Assembly: GCA_964187785.1 (NCBI GenBank)
Contig: OZ076409.1
Span: 62,250,001 to 62,314,000, forward strand
Direction: 5' to 3'
DNA from: Amphiscolops sp. MND2022
Taxonomy: Eukaryota
Length of the DNA: 64,000 bases
Shown here: positions 1 through 11,700 of the stretch, in pieces
Position numbering within the stretch: the stretch's first letter is position 1
Layout: the number at the start of each line of letters is the position of its first letter
Notes under the pieces: model-generated
The model's database searches: none
The model's input: only the letters and a program-made list of their open reading frames with translations
What the model was told of the DNA's origin: nothing
Made by a program: the position numbers and the translations under genes

Positions 1-817
1 TTACCTCCCTACTTTTTCTAACACGATTAGCTTGAGTTGATCTACAAGCTCATCTGCACCAGATGGGAGGAAGACATACTGTTTTAATCCACTTCCTAAT
101 TGGAGCTGAAAAAAATTTTTACTTATCTCATATCTACTTGATTTTTTTGGTCCTTAATATAGATTATGTTTCATATCATTAAAAAAATAATTAGGTTCAA
201 GTTTTGTATTTCTTTATCTATTTGTGTACTATTTATAAAGTATGAAAGATCTTGATTATTTACACTATGTGTTACCATTCTGGGAGTTATCGTTGAACCT
301 TTGATTTGTACTAGTTGAGGATTTGTAGTAGAATTAACTATGAATAAGTTTGGATTAATTTCCGCAGGTTCTAATCTGAATTGACTGCGGGTGTTGAGGA
401 GGTTGGAAACTATTTTAACGAAACTAGAATCAACTTGGTTTGAATCAACAAAATCTTTAATTAGTTGATTGTTACGGTTAGTAATTTCATCATATTCTTG
501 TATTCCTTCTTTAATAGATTTTTGTGAATTTTTAATCAAAGCGTTATTGATTCTCTTATTGTGTTGTAGTTTGGGTAGAATCACGAAGTGCCTGTATTTG
601 CTTTTCAGAATCTAGCTTTCGTTGGTTTTAGCTTTAACTCTGGTTTTCAAAAGATTCAGCCTGCTTCGCAGTAACGGGTTCAAAATCTTCTTCCATGTCA
701 TAATAGAAGTATTGCTTCCCATGTTTCTCTTTCAATACTTCTTGGCGGAGTAGAGATTTTGTTTCTTTCAGTTTTTTTTAACTTTTCCAAATCATCTTGA
801 TTATGATTTGAATACAC
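1..817 (-). pseudogene. Degraded Polinton accessory ORF(s), partial
   Basis: Fragments YSNHNQDDLEKLKK..EKHGKQYFYYDMEEDFEPVT, ORF 171-584, and VFLPSGADELVDQLKLIVLEKVGG at the edge; collinear with the module. Confidence 0.4.
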
Positions 818-826
818 TTATTAATC

Positions 827-1206
827 CTAATAATTTGACTTTAATTTTAAATATTGAATTTTACCCAAACACAAGCCTTTAGCCAGCAAATCTTCAGGTT
901 TGTATAAACCCGTCCCTTGATGAACAAATTTTGTAAAATCAGGAGCAGTTGCAGCTATCATTCGAGGATTTTTACTTGCTGCTGCAGTTCCAGTATTTGC
1001 AGAAGTCACACGATCCTTCTACTGTATAGTTTGATCTGATACTATAAGTGACTTATTTCTTTTACAAGTTGAACAAGTACCTCTCAATAGTTTAACTCAC
1101 ATGCCAGTTTTTTATTTTGAGTGATATCCCCACGAACATTTGTGGTAGCGGAATAATGTTTTCCACCAACACAATATGAAATAGATTTAAATTTATTGAA
1201 GCTCAT
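827..1206 (-). pseudogene. Small zinc-ribbon/core-protein-like Polinton ORF with G-x-G putative protease sites
   Basis: SYCVGGKH...GTCSTCKRNKS, then (frameshifted) ANTGTAAASKNP...HQGTGLY...AKGLCLGK. Confidence 0.45.
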
Positions 1207-1290
1207 ATAAATGAAAAAATTGTTCATTTTTTCTTCGCTCCGCACAAACTTTTGGTTTGTATTTTTAAAAAAATAACAAATTAATATAAA

Positions 1291-2314
1291 TCATAATAAT
1301 TTGAATTGTAAAGAATAATAATTCGCAGTTGAAACCAACTGAGTTATGATTGCTATCCTCAAGGAAAAACTGGATTTTGTTTAACCTTGTTTTGTTTTGT
1401 TTATTTTTTACACAAAATAATATTGGGTTCTTTTATAATTTTATAACCTGGAGGTGCGCTTAAATTAAAAGAAACTAAAACTTGTTCTCGTATACCATTA
1501 ACATGTGAACCATCTACACTATCACACTTTGTCTGTGGTTGTTATCATAAATGGTTTTTCTGATTTATGAGTTCCTGCTGGGTAGTCGATTTTTGTATGT
1601 CCTTAAGGGGTGTTAATTTCTGAACAAAAATGTATGTTATTAGAAGTTGTTAAAAATGATATCATTGATATTGTATCTGATTCAATGTTAACATTTAAAC
1701 CGTTTTTTTGTATTTTTGATATGCTTGATAAAAGTGTAATTTTTGTTGTATTGCTGTATTCAGATCACTTAGTTCATTTATTCCAGGTCGAAGTATAATT
1801 TCTAGTTTATCATTCGTGATGGGGAGATCAATAGTTTCGAAAATTTGAATTTTTTAAAGAAAGTCTTCACTTTCATAGTGGCTTATTATTTCCTTGATTT
1901 TTTTAAGATCCCTTTTAGAAGCTTTTTTTTCAGTTTAAATGGGGTCTTTATGAAACTATAAACTGTTTTAATGAAATTTGTTTGGTTGGTTTTATGAAAG
2001 TATTCAATATCCATACAAGTTTTGTATCAACCCCACTAAATTGTTCGTCTGTTAGATGTATCTGAAATGAGTTACTATTGTTGGTAATGCTATATACACT
2101 GTTGTATACTTCTAAACTTGCTACTCCCATCAACCATTGTTCTCTAGCTCGAAGGGAACATCAAATGAAAAAAAAATTTTTGTTTGGTGTTTTTAAATTC
2201 CAGAGTTTCATGAGGTTTTGAATGTGTATTTTCAACAATATCCTGATTAGATTTTGCAAAACTCAAAAAAAGAGATTCTTTTTTATCTTTAATTACAAAA
2301 TTTGATAGATCCAT
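1291..2314 (-). pseudogene. Polinton minor capsid (penton)-like gene, frameshifted
   Basis: N-terminal ETLEF..SFDVP..QWLMGVASLEVYNSVYSITNNSNSF and C-terminal DGSHVNGIREQVLVSFNLSAPPGYKIIKEPNIIL..LEDSNHNSVGFN segments, recognised from memory as Polinton penton motifs. Confidence 0.6.
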
Positions 2315-2539
2315 TTTTTAAAAAATTGTTTAAATCCACTAGCAGATTTGTTGTTTTTAAATACTTGGTTCTGTTTTATTAAATTTTTTGGAATTGGGTT
2401 CTTATAATGAAATTGATTTTCATTCTCATTCGAATACATTTCTTCTCTTGGGAATAAAATTTTTTGTTATAAGTTTTTTCTAGCTTTGCAGTTAAAACAA
2501 ATTTAGGTAGTGTAAATTTAATACTGCATTTATAAAGTC

Positions 2540-3520
2540 TATTTTATTTGCTAGATATAACACATACAAACAATCAATAAACTGCACAAAAACTATCAAT
2601 TTTCTGAATTTTGAATTCTGAATAAATACCACTATTAATTTGGTTTGTTATAAGGATTTTCTCGATGTTTACTGGTGAAGCAAAGCCACATGAATCGAAA
2701 TAAATTTGGTTTGAAAACATAACCCAGTGTGTTCCTTTAGTTGGATGTAAGTTAACTATTCCTGCCGTAGTTGTAAACTTATAATCTTCTATATACACTT
2801 CAGCTGGCTTATCTAATTCATTAAGTATTTCTTTTATTAGTCGGCGCCGTTTCCTTTAAGGAAAAAAACCCGACTAATACAGTGGCTAGTTTTTTCTTTT
2901 TTTTTCGTCAGACCACAGAGCTCATCGCGTATGTACCACTTTTTACAGAAACTGATAAGACTACTCAGGCCAAGTCAGGCCATTGGAAACTTAGTGCAAA
3001 TGGTCCCTTTTTCATTTTTTACCTTTTTCACGTAACCTACAAACCGGAAGAGACCAAAGGGTCCCCCCTTTCAATTTTTTTCGGCACTGTGCGAATTTTT
3101 TTTCGAAAATATTTTAAGGTCTCAAAAGAGCCAAGAGCCCCCTTCGAGTTTTGTGATATTTTGCAACAGAATGTATTATAATGAATCCCAAAGGGTCCCC
3201 CTTTTTCATTTTTCGGCACTATGCGACATTTTCGAAGTTTTTTTCAAAAAAATTTTTCAAAAAAATTTTCAAACTTTGTTCCCAGTCGGGAAACAGTGAT
3301 TTTCCAGTCATATCGAGCATGAAAGGCACACTTTGGGTGTCTCGAAAGTGTTTTCAAAGCTTTCATGAATACGTCCGGAGCATATTTAGAAAACTTTGCG
3401 CTTCTTGAGCCTTAGATATAGCGCCGACTTTAGACTTTCCCGTCTTGTTTTTACATTAGAAGTTGCTTCCGTTTTTTATTCCGTATTTTTCAACAAATTC
3501 TTTGAATGATGAACAAGTTA
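2540..3520 (-). pseudogene. Adenain-like (Polinton PRO) cysteine protease, split by a Helentron-type insertion
   Basis: SFKEFVEKYGIK..ATSNVK (3450-3515) joins IKEILNELDKPAEVYIEDYKFTTTAGIVNLHPTKGTHWVMFSNQIYFDSCG...KIQKIDSFCAVY. HW, YFDS.G and Q..xSxC are the catalytic H/D/Q/C motifs of adenoviral-type proteases. Confidence 0.8.
2838..3448 (+). mobile_element. Non-autonomous Helentron-type (HINE/DINE-like) element, full length
   Basis: 5' terminal AGTCGGCGC (2839) and 3' subterminal inverted copy GCGCCGACT (3421), then a short hairpin and TGTT. Removing it rejoins the protease codons (ATSNVK|IKEIL) at a T-run with no TSD. Confidence 0.75.
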
Positions 3521-4199
3521 TTTTTCACCGATTTCAATTTTTTATTATTGTTAAAATCACTCACTTTTTCCATATTTGGCGTTTTCAGATACCACTGGTA
3601 TTCGAATGTTAGTTCAGTATACAAGCACTAAATGGAATGAAATTGTGAAATGAATAAGAAAATTCCGAGAAATTTTTTGTCGGTTTTTTCAAGTTTGAGA
3701 TTTTTGTATTTGTTTATTTATTTTTCTCGGAAAATTCAACACGCACTTGGTTCCACAATATTTGTTCTTTCAGTTATATAATAATACCATTTTCCAATTG
3801 AATGCTCCTTTCATTCCGAAAACTTTTGCGACACAAATTTTGTTCAATACCTTTACACATTGCACCATAGAGGTCAGTGAACTTTTCCTTGTGTCAAGTG
3901 TTTTCACCGTTTGCATAATAAAAAATTTTGTTCAGTGATTTCTGATTTTGTTAACATTTTAGAAGCGAAAAAATGGTAATTTTTAATGATTTACCTTGGA
4001 AAAATGCTTAATTTTGATGGTGTGTAGTGAATGAACAACGATACTGAAATCAAAAGTGAACTATCTCTTTCTGGTTTCAGAAAATACTAGACAGCTCTGT
4101 CTAGTATTAGAAAATACTAGAAAGCTCTGTCTGGTACACTGTCTGGTCTTTTTTCTTTACTGTGAGTTTTCCAAGAAATTTTAATATCTCTGAAATGAA

Positions 4200-5400
4200 A
4201 AACTGCATGGTGTTCTTTTATCGTACACTTGTGTTACCACTTGGATGCACATGGTTTACAAATGTGAAATTTTTTCTCGCATACCTATCCTCCATAACTA
4301 AAAGATATTGATTTTTTAAATGCAAAAAATCTATAATTTTAGATGATATGCATTGAAAATATGCTTCATTTTGATGGTCTGTGATCAGGATCATCATTTT
4401 GAATACTTTATTTTTCCATAGTTTCAAATCATCTGTTTCTTTTAGCCATGTTTCCGAAACACCATGTAATATATTTGTTCCAAGAGCTTTTGTTATATCT
4501 TCTAGAGCCAACTGTTTTTAACCAGGCTTTGCGCATTTACGTGGAAAAATTTCAAATGTTTATTATTGTTCCGGAATAATTTTGTTAAGGCCTTGAAGTT
4601 AACTTGAGGCCCGGGTTTGTTTCAACATCACCACTTAATTTTAGCTTGCGCTCGGAATACGAAATATAAAGGGCTTTTACGTTTTTCATCAGCCCTAGCG
4701 GTAGTTCATTTGAGCAATTAGGAGAGATTACCGTATCAGAAGATATAAAAAAGAAATATCGTCGGGAATTGGTTCTGTGTTAATCTTCGTTCACCAGCAC
4801 AAGCACTTCTTTCTCTGTTAAAGAGTAAATCAGTAGGTTAAATAGGATAACAAATTTAGCGAAGTTTTCATCATGATAAATATTTAGAGTGCCCGTGCAC
4901 AATTTAAACATTGCATAATAAAAGACCAGTGACATTAGGTTCTAATTGTATCCCAAAAGGTTTTATCCTCGATTCCAGTTTCTTTGGTAGTTTTTGACTG
5001 TATTCCACTGTGGGTAGTAGCACTTGTTACAAACTCCAGTCGAAGATGTCAGTAGTTGCGACAGTAAACAGTTTCGGAGGAAAAGAAGACCATCTGAGTT
5101 GTTGAAATGAATAATATCGTAGTAAAGTTGCCGGGGATTTTGGAACGATTCAACCAATTTGTTGATTTCCAGTATTTGAATGCCTTCCACGCTGTTACAT
5201 TTGTCGGCCAGTAGTTTGCTGAACTCGTCAATTCGTTCATTATCTTCTGGACTGTTTCAGTAGTTCCTGTTATCGTAGGCTGCCACCTGTGATGGCAGGC
5301 TCTATACAATTGACCGAAAAGAAATAGCCGTACCCAAAACGATAACCCTAATGTAAACTGATGTCATCAAAACTATTTACCAATTTACATTGATGCATAC
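4200..5400 (-). mobile_element. Degenerate non-LTR retrotransposon (CR1-like) fragment: ORF1 esterase-like remnant plus APE endonuclease N-terminus
   Basis: LKFFHVNAQSLVK..ALEDI...HGVSETWL is APE motif I/II. Upstream YYDIIHFNNSDG resembles the SGNH DxxH motif of CR1 ORF1. Confidence 0.6.
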
Positions 5401-6199
5401 AAAGTTGTTCTATTGACTTAGGACTATTAATATTCGACAGGAAAGCTATACTGACAGGCAGAAATGAAACGCGTTCAAATGTCTGCCAGTTCAGTATAGC
5501 TAGCATAGCCGTCTACGGCGTATTAGCCAATCACAGCTTCGCCTCATTCCTTGCTGTATTTGCTGTTGTAATGCTTCTTATATACTTAGTCAGAAAGGAC
5601 GATTAAGACCATGCAGCCTGATTGGCCCTTACTTGTAAAATCAGCTCTTGTTGTCTAACATAATATGTTTGATGATCAAAACAATACATGTTTGAGTATA
5701 TGTAGTAAATGAAGCCCTCCTGTTGTCTAAGCTCTAAATAGTACTCTAAATATATTCTAGATAGCGCTTTAGTTTCAGTCCAACCCCCCTCAGTGCTGAT
5801 TTTTGAAAAGGCCCGACGGGGTTGTTGGCCGAAGAGGTCACTCCGGGCTAGAAGCATTATCATGTAAATATAGAATAACATGCAATGTTTATTTTATCAG
5901 ACGTAGTAATGTACGCGTCACTGCCACCTTTTGTGTCATTGAGTGCTTTGATAGTGCCGGCATAATAAATAAACAGTGCAAGATGTTCTTTTTTTTACTA
6001 TTTTTAGGACTATGAAATGTAGTTAGTTTTAATATGATGCTTTTTATAGCTAGATGACCTTACTTTTTCTGAGAGTCATGCCCTACTGGGAAACTAAAGC
6101 CAATTTGGTTACTCAAAAACAATCTTATATGATTCGATGCGATACAAGTTGCTTTGTTGAAGCTACTGTAAACTCTGAAGTTGTAACTCAAATTACAGA

Positions 6200-6852
6200 A
6201 ACACTTTGAATACTTCCTCCTGTACACTTACTTATGCCTTCCATAGCCAAAAGATCTAGAGATATTGATATTTTCTCCGACTATGGCCATATGGACATCC
6301 AATTAGAAGAAACAAATTCAAACTCTTTTGAAAGGGGGTCAGATATTGTCATAAACAGACCAGAGGACAAGTAGACTCAGAGTCTTTTGTGAACAGAGAA
6401 AATGCTTCTCAAGAAAATGAAATTAGAAACGACCACAATGAAAACGACCCAATTGTTCAAAACAGAGCTGAAGCGTCTTTTGAGATACTCTCAAACGAAC
6501 TGAATGCTAGGTTTTATCGGGAGATAAATTCTCTAGTGAACGCAATACCAGCATTTCCTGCTATGGTTATACCTGAAATTCAGACCTGACAGGAAATTTG
6601 CCATTGAACCAAAATGGCATTGGGAGGAGTGCGTCCTTGTTTAAAAAATGTCTTGGAAACACATGGAAAGAACCGACAAAAACCTTACAAAGGAGGATCC
6701 AAGGTACACCTTCGGTCTTAGGAACGATGTTGATTTTACACCTTACACCTGTAGTAAATCTTGGTAGAATTAGACTGCATTTTCTACTACTGCAAATAAA
6801 CTCGAAATGATTCTCCCCTTCTTTACCGACACGGTCTGGTTGTATCCACACA
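6200..6852 (+). mobile_element. Degenerate gag-N-terminus-like remnant, possibly the end of a decayed LTR
   Basis: AKRSRDIDIFSDYGHMDIQL...NRENASQENEIR...FEILSNELNARFYREINSL. Low-complexity/coiled-coil composition like the other LTR-borne gag starts here; boundaries unresolved. Confidence 0.35.
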
Positions 6853-7556
6853 TTGATTTCTCAACTACTCATCTGCTTCAATCACAATTTCAATCTCAAA
6901 TAGGACACTGAAGATGACGCTAGTTTTTGTTTCCATTGTGAATGAAGTTGATTTGTAGACAAAAATGACGGCAAAATTGTAGATGTCTCAACTGCATTCA
7001 AAATTAGAACCGTGTCATAATGATAATAATAAAACTTGCTGAACCTCATCGCTTGAACTTCCGCTAAAACATTGATGATTTTTCAAGCAGCTGGGAAACG
7101 TTCATGACATGAGGGAAATATTAACGCAATAACGTTTCCGTAAGAGTTTTAAAGAACCATTTAAAAAGTTGCTGGCAACTTTAAAAAACCTGTGAAATGT
7201 TCAAGCATGTCCAAAAAGGGTTGCCACTCCTGATTTAAAGTGCTGGAACTTTCATAAGGCTAATAGGCTAATAGGCTAATTCATCATGATTCAACCGAAC
7301 TCTCACGGAAACTTCGAGGGTCTAAGTTTTCACTGTTTTAATTGAAATTCAACAAGCTGCCTAAGAGTTCTGTTTTGATATTGGCGGCATATCAGCGACG
7401 GAAAGTTCTATTTTCCAGTGGTCGTAATCTTAATTGCAGCTTAGGTCTCATTATTTTAATCTCTTTTGGCAATGCAAATCAACTTCAGTCACTTTATAGT
7501 GATCACACTAACGTCACACTGAGCGTGCACTTTGACTAACGGTCCTTGCATATATC

Positions 7557-7872
7557 TAGGGCCAGCAAAAAATTACGCACCTATTCACGCTCTTTTTAAG
7601 CGAAAATCACTGTAAAATTACGGATAAATAATCGGAGCAATGTTTGAATTCTATTAAGTTTTCCTGAAGTTTAGCACGAAAGCAACAGCTGTTTGATAAT
7701 TTTGGGTTTTCGCGGTCTGAAGTGACAATATTTGAAAAAGTAGAATAGTTACTTCAAAACAATCATTTTTCTCCTATTTCTAGTTCCGCTGTAAAATCAC
7801 GCCCTGTCACGGAGCATTCTATTTGGCTAGAAAATCACGCTAGTTCACGCGCGTGACTTTATGTTGGCCCTA
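7557..7872. mobile_element. hAT-family MITE (316 bp)
   Basis: Imperfect ~22-bp TIRs TAGGGCCAGCAAAAAATTACGC / GCGTGACTTTATGTTGGCCCTA; exact 8-bp TSD CATATATC at 7549-7556 and 7873-7880. Confidence 0.9.
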
Positions 7873-8725
7873 CATATATCGAATATCGAATAAAGTGTGA
7901 AAACAAAATGATCTAGATGGTGAAGAAGTGGAAATATTTTCAGTTTAATTGAATTAGTGGATGGACGCTGCATTGTAATCCAATAACGTTTTAACAAACA
8001 GGGCTCTGAAATTTTGCAAGAATTGTACGAAATTACCATTGTATGCATAGAAGTAGCAGGAAAAACTTTCGAGTGTATTCAACTGAGGACTGTACAAGTT
8101 GTGCATTTTTCCAAGAAAATTTCAACTAAAATTGGAAAGATGGAAAATTTTTCAAGAATGTAAAAGTTTTAATAGGATTTTTGACATATTCCTGGAAGAT
8201 ATTCATTCCCTGAACGAGTTTAACAGGAATCTGTTAAGATTTGAGTTTTGCGTCATCTAGGCAAACGTTTAATGTGAAGTAGTAATGATTTTTTTGTACC
8301 CAAGAACCAACGAAGTATAGGTGGAAGATAGTTCATGAAAAGAAACTAAATGGAGTGCATCAGGTTTTAATGGTTTTAATACAATATCGTGTAGATTTAA
8401 AAATCGCAAACCGTAACACCGAACATAAAATTGAAAATTGATGAAACTCACGGATCGCTAAAAACCACAATGATTTATTGTTGCTGACTTTTGAGCAATT
8501 TTCGTATCTTATACGTATTTCCATATGAAAATCCATATGAAAGTACTCAGTTAAACTATTTTTCAATGACAACTAATTGAAAAAAGCTCAATATAAGAGG
8601 GTACTACTGGTCTAGGTTTCAAAAGATTGAACTTTTCGGAGCAAAACTTGTACTGGAAACGATTTGTGATCATTGCTAACACTGAAGATCAAGATATAAT
8701 ATCCAATCCTATTTGTTTCCTGCAG

Positions 8726-11700
8726 CAAAGCTAGATCCGAATGGCATGGATACTGCAGCAGTGATCAAATTGCGAACGGGCTTGAAATGCATGGAAAGCA
8801 TGAAACCCGACACCAACTCGCATCTAAAAGCACCAGTTCGATTCTTGCCTTCTGCCGAAGACCTTTTATCTCCTATCACTTATTACACAAAAGCGTGCAG
8901 CCAAGAACGTACAAATCTCAGAGTTTTACTGTGTTTAAACAGAAATCTCGATCGCCACAAGAGAGACAATATCCGCCGATCTTTTGCCGACTTTGAGAGT
9001 CTCAATTTAGCATCCAACTGGACTATTCTATTTTTGGTTGGTAGTTGAAATTAACAGTTGGTGAAGCAGATTCAATAATTTGAGAAAAAGAAAAAAAGGA
9101 GTACAACACGACGGGAACATCTAAACGTTGCGTCCCGCTAAATGCTCGAAACGCATAGTCTTTCAAATATGTCAAAATTCCATGTTGAAGCTTGAGAAAA
9201 AACCAGTTATTTAAAAACTTTTATATAGGAACTTTTAAAAAAGTCACACTGTCAGAAAACCCAAAGGAGTCAAGATTTGCAAACAAAGACCACTAGTCCT
9301 CAGCTGGCATCGGTTTGACGGCCGTCTGTTTGGAAAGCGCCTATCCTAACTACTGGTGGCGTGAACGAACTTTATTGGAAAGTGGGCTTTCGCATACATT
9401 CTGTGGTTTTACGAGACAAAAATGAAAGAAAATATACGTGTTGACGTGGAACTCAATAAACTAATTGAATACAATATGGAGGATAACTGTGAATTGATGA
9501 TGAAGTGAAATGTTTTCGTACTGTCTGTTTCGAATAACAAAAATGATGGCCAACATTTCTGGCTAACAAAGATGATGCTCGGCTAAGATCAAGGTTTGAG
9601 CAAAGTACAGGTACTTATTTACAAACAGTCTTGCTCATTTCAAATCTCTGCTAAATTCCACCTTTCAAATTACGAGGCACATATAAATATACGCCTAAGT
9701 AAATTACCCTCGAACTCAATTACTAAATTGAACTAACAATTAAACTGGTTAACAACTAGCCTTAAACGTAAAGTGACCACAATGTTTGAAATGTTTTGGT
9801 TGCTCAAATGTTACCACTGGGCTCTTCAGTAACCTCCTGCCGACTTTCTTTATTCATTGGCGGGGACGCGTTTTCGATCCAGTGTTTTCATTGGTCCCTT
9901 CTTTGAAAACTGCCACGATGTTGATGCTTTTACTGGAATTTTCATAATTCCCAGCGGTCTTCTTTCTCTTTTTCTATGCAGCTCTCACTCTTTTGCTCCG
10001 TCTGTTTCTGTGCGTCAGCTTCTGTAGTGTTCAACGATATCTTAAAGGTGGAAGAGCGAGCTTCCCCCCTCAAAGTCGAACGTCAAATCTGGAGTCTGCA
10101 CTTTCCCCTTTTTTCCGTTTTCCTCTTTTCCTGACTGGTTCTTCGGTTTCACTTGAGCTGGATGACTCGCCTATACTTGCCTTTCGTCTCAAAGACTTTC
10201 TGAACGTTTCCTTTTGTTCTTCTGTTGCACTTGCGATATTCCGTTCTGAACATTTGCCGTGTTTATTTTTTTCGACGAATCGGGCAGATGCAATTTTGTG
10301 AGCGCCTCTTTGACGACTTTAACCGTTCTCTTGGCGAACGCTGTCTCCAATTTTGAGCCTTTGGTCCTTTCCCGGACTAACACGGTCAAATCAGTTTTGT
10401 CTTGTAAATCAGGGGGTTGGATTTCCAAGTTCAAGTCTTGCACTGATGAAGCCAAAAACGTTTTCAGAAAAATGGATTTCACTGTGTTAGGTTCTTTCAA
10501 ATCTTTTTCGAACACCGAAGTGAGTGAAAAATTGTCTGACAACCCGGACTTATCTTTAGTTGGGACTATTTGTTTGCTCGCTCGGAGTCGTTCGTTATTC
10601 TTTCTAATGAGACTCGTAATTTTCCATCCGCCCTTGGATTTCTTATTGGGCAAGTTATATGATCTAATCTGATTTCTTCGCAAATCACTGCAAATGCCCT
10701 GAATACCATTACCGTCCGTAAGTTTTTTCTTTGCTAATCGGTACTGCGCGAGGTAAAAGTTTAAAGATTTTATTATTTTTTTCGTTGTTGAGGGAATAAA
10801 AAGTCGCACCTGGCCAGACTGAGAAGTGAACTATCGATACTAACAAATACTGTTTTTCGCATATTGGAACGGATCAGAAAATCTAACGCTACCTACTCAT
10901 TTTGCGCCTTTACTACCGTTATTTTTTTTAATTTGTGTTTCTCTCAGGATTTGTTTTAGGTTCTTACCTGATTGGAGACACTGCTCACCTAATCGTGCCT
11001 TATCTTTAACTTCTCAGGGAATTTGAGGCCAGCAATTGTCTTTTATCATAGATAACACAGCGTCTCTGCCAAGATGGCCATAATGAAGTGAACACGTTAT
11101 CATTGATCACATAGATTGCGGTATTACTAATCGATCAACCCTGTAGAGAAATTTTCTGTAGTCGAGCGAAGAAATATGAAATTTTTTTCCTCGCTGAAAA
11201 TGAACGGGTACCTCCGTTCTTGTTGTAGTTTGTTACCAACGGATATATAACCCTTTGAATTCTCTATTGCCAGCAATCGTTTTTAGTTCGGTGATTAAAT
11301 TGACGGACTACGATTCAACTCGCGATTGCCCGCGGTTTCACTCTTTGCTTTCAGCGAATTCCGTTCCTGCCGCGTTGTGATTGGCTGCTTCAGTTTTGCT
11401 ACTTTTATGCGATTGACGGTATAACTTTCGGGCACGTTTTTCACCGATTTGCTTTGTTTGCTTGTCGCTTCGTTCTTTTCTAAAACATCATTCAAGCCGA
11501 TTTCATTTTTTACAGTGAACAATATTCTTGGAAGGTAGTCTGCCATGCCTAGCGTTCTCCCTGCTACTTGCACTACTCCAAAAGCAAATGTGAGTAATCT
11601 ATCTACCCATCTCGTCAATCTGCTCGAGAACATCTTGTTTTCTATGTTTGGCATTAGTACTGACATTAGTGCTTTATGATCTGGAGGTATTTTAGACTGT

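Larger units (their letters stand above)
1..3520 (-). mobile_element. Decayed Polinton/Maverick (adintovirus-like) virion-gene module, running off the left window edge
   Basis: Tandem minus-strand ORF remnants (protease, penton-like, zinc-ribbon/core-like, unknown) with many stops and frameshifts; very AT-rich and intronless. Confidence 0.75.

Noticed and set aside
9290..9362. Functional tRNA gene
   Set aside because: No intact B-box/T-arm or acceptor stem; at most a SINE-like relic.
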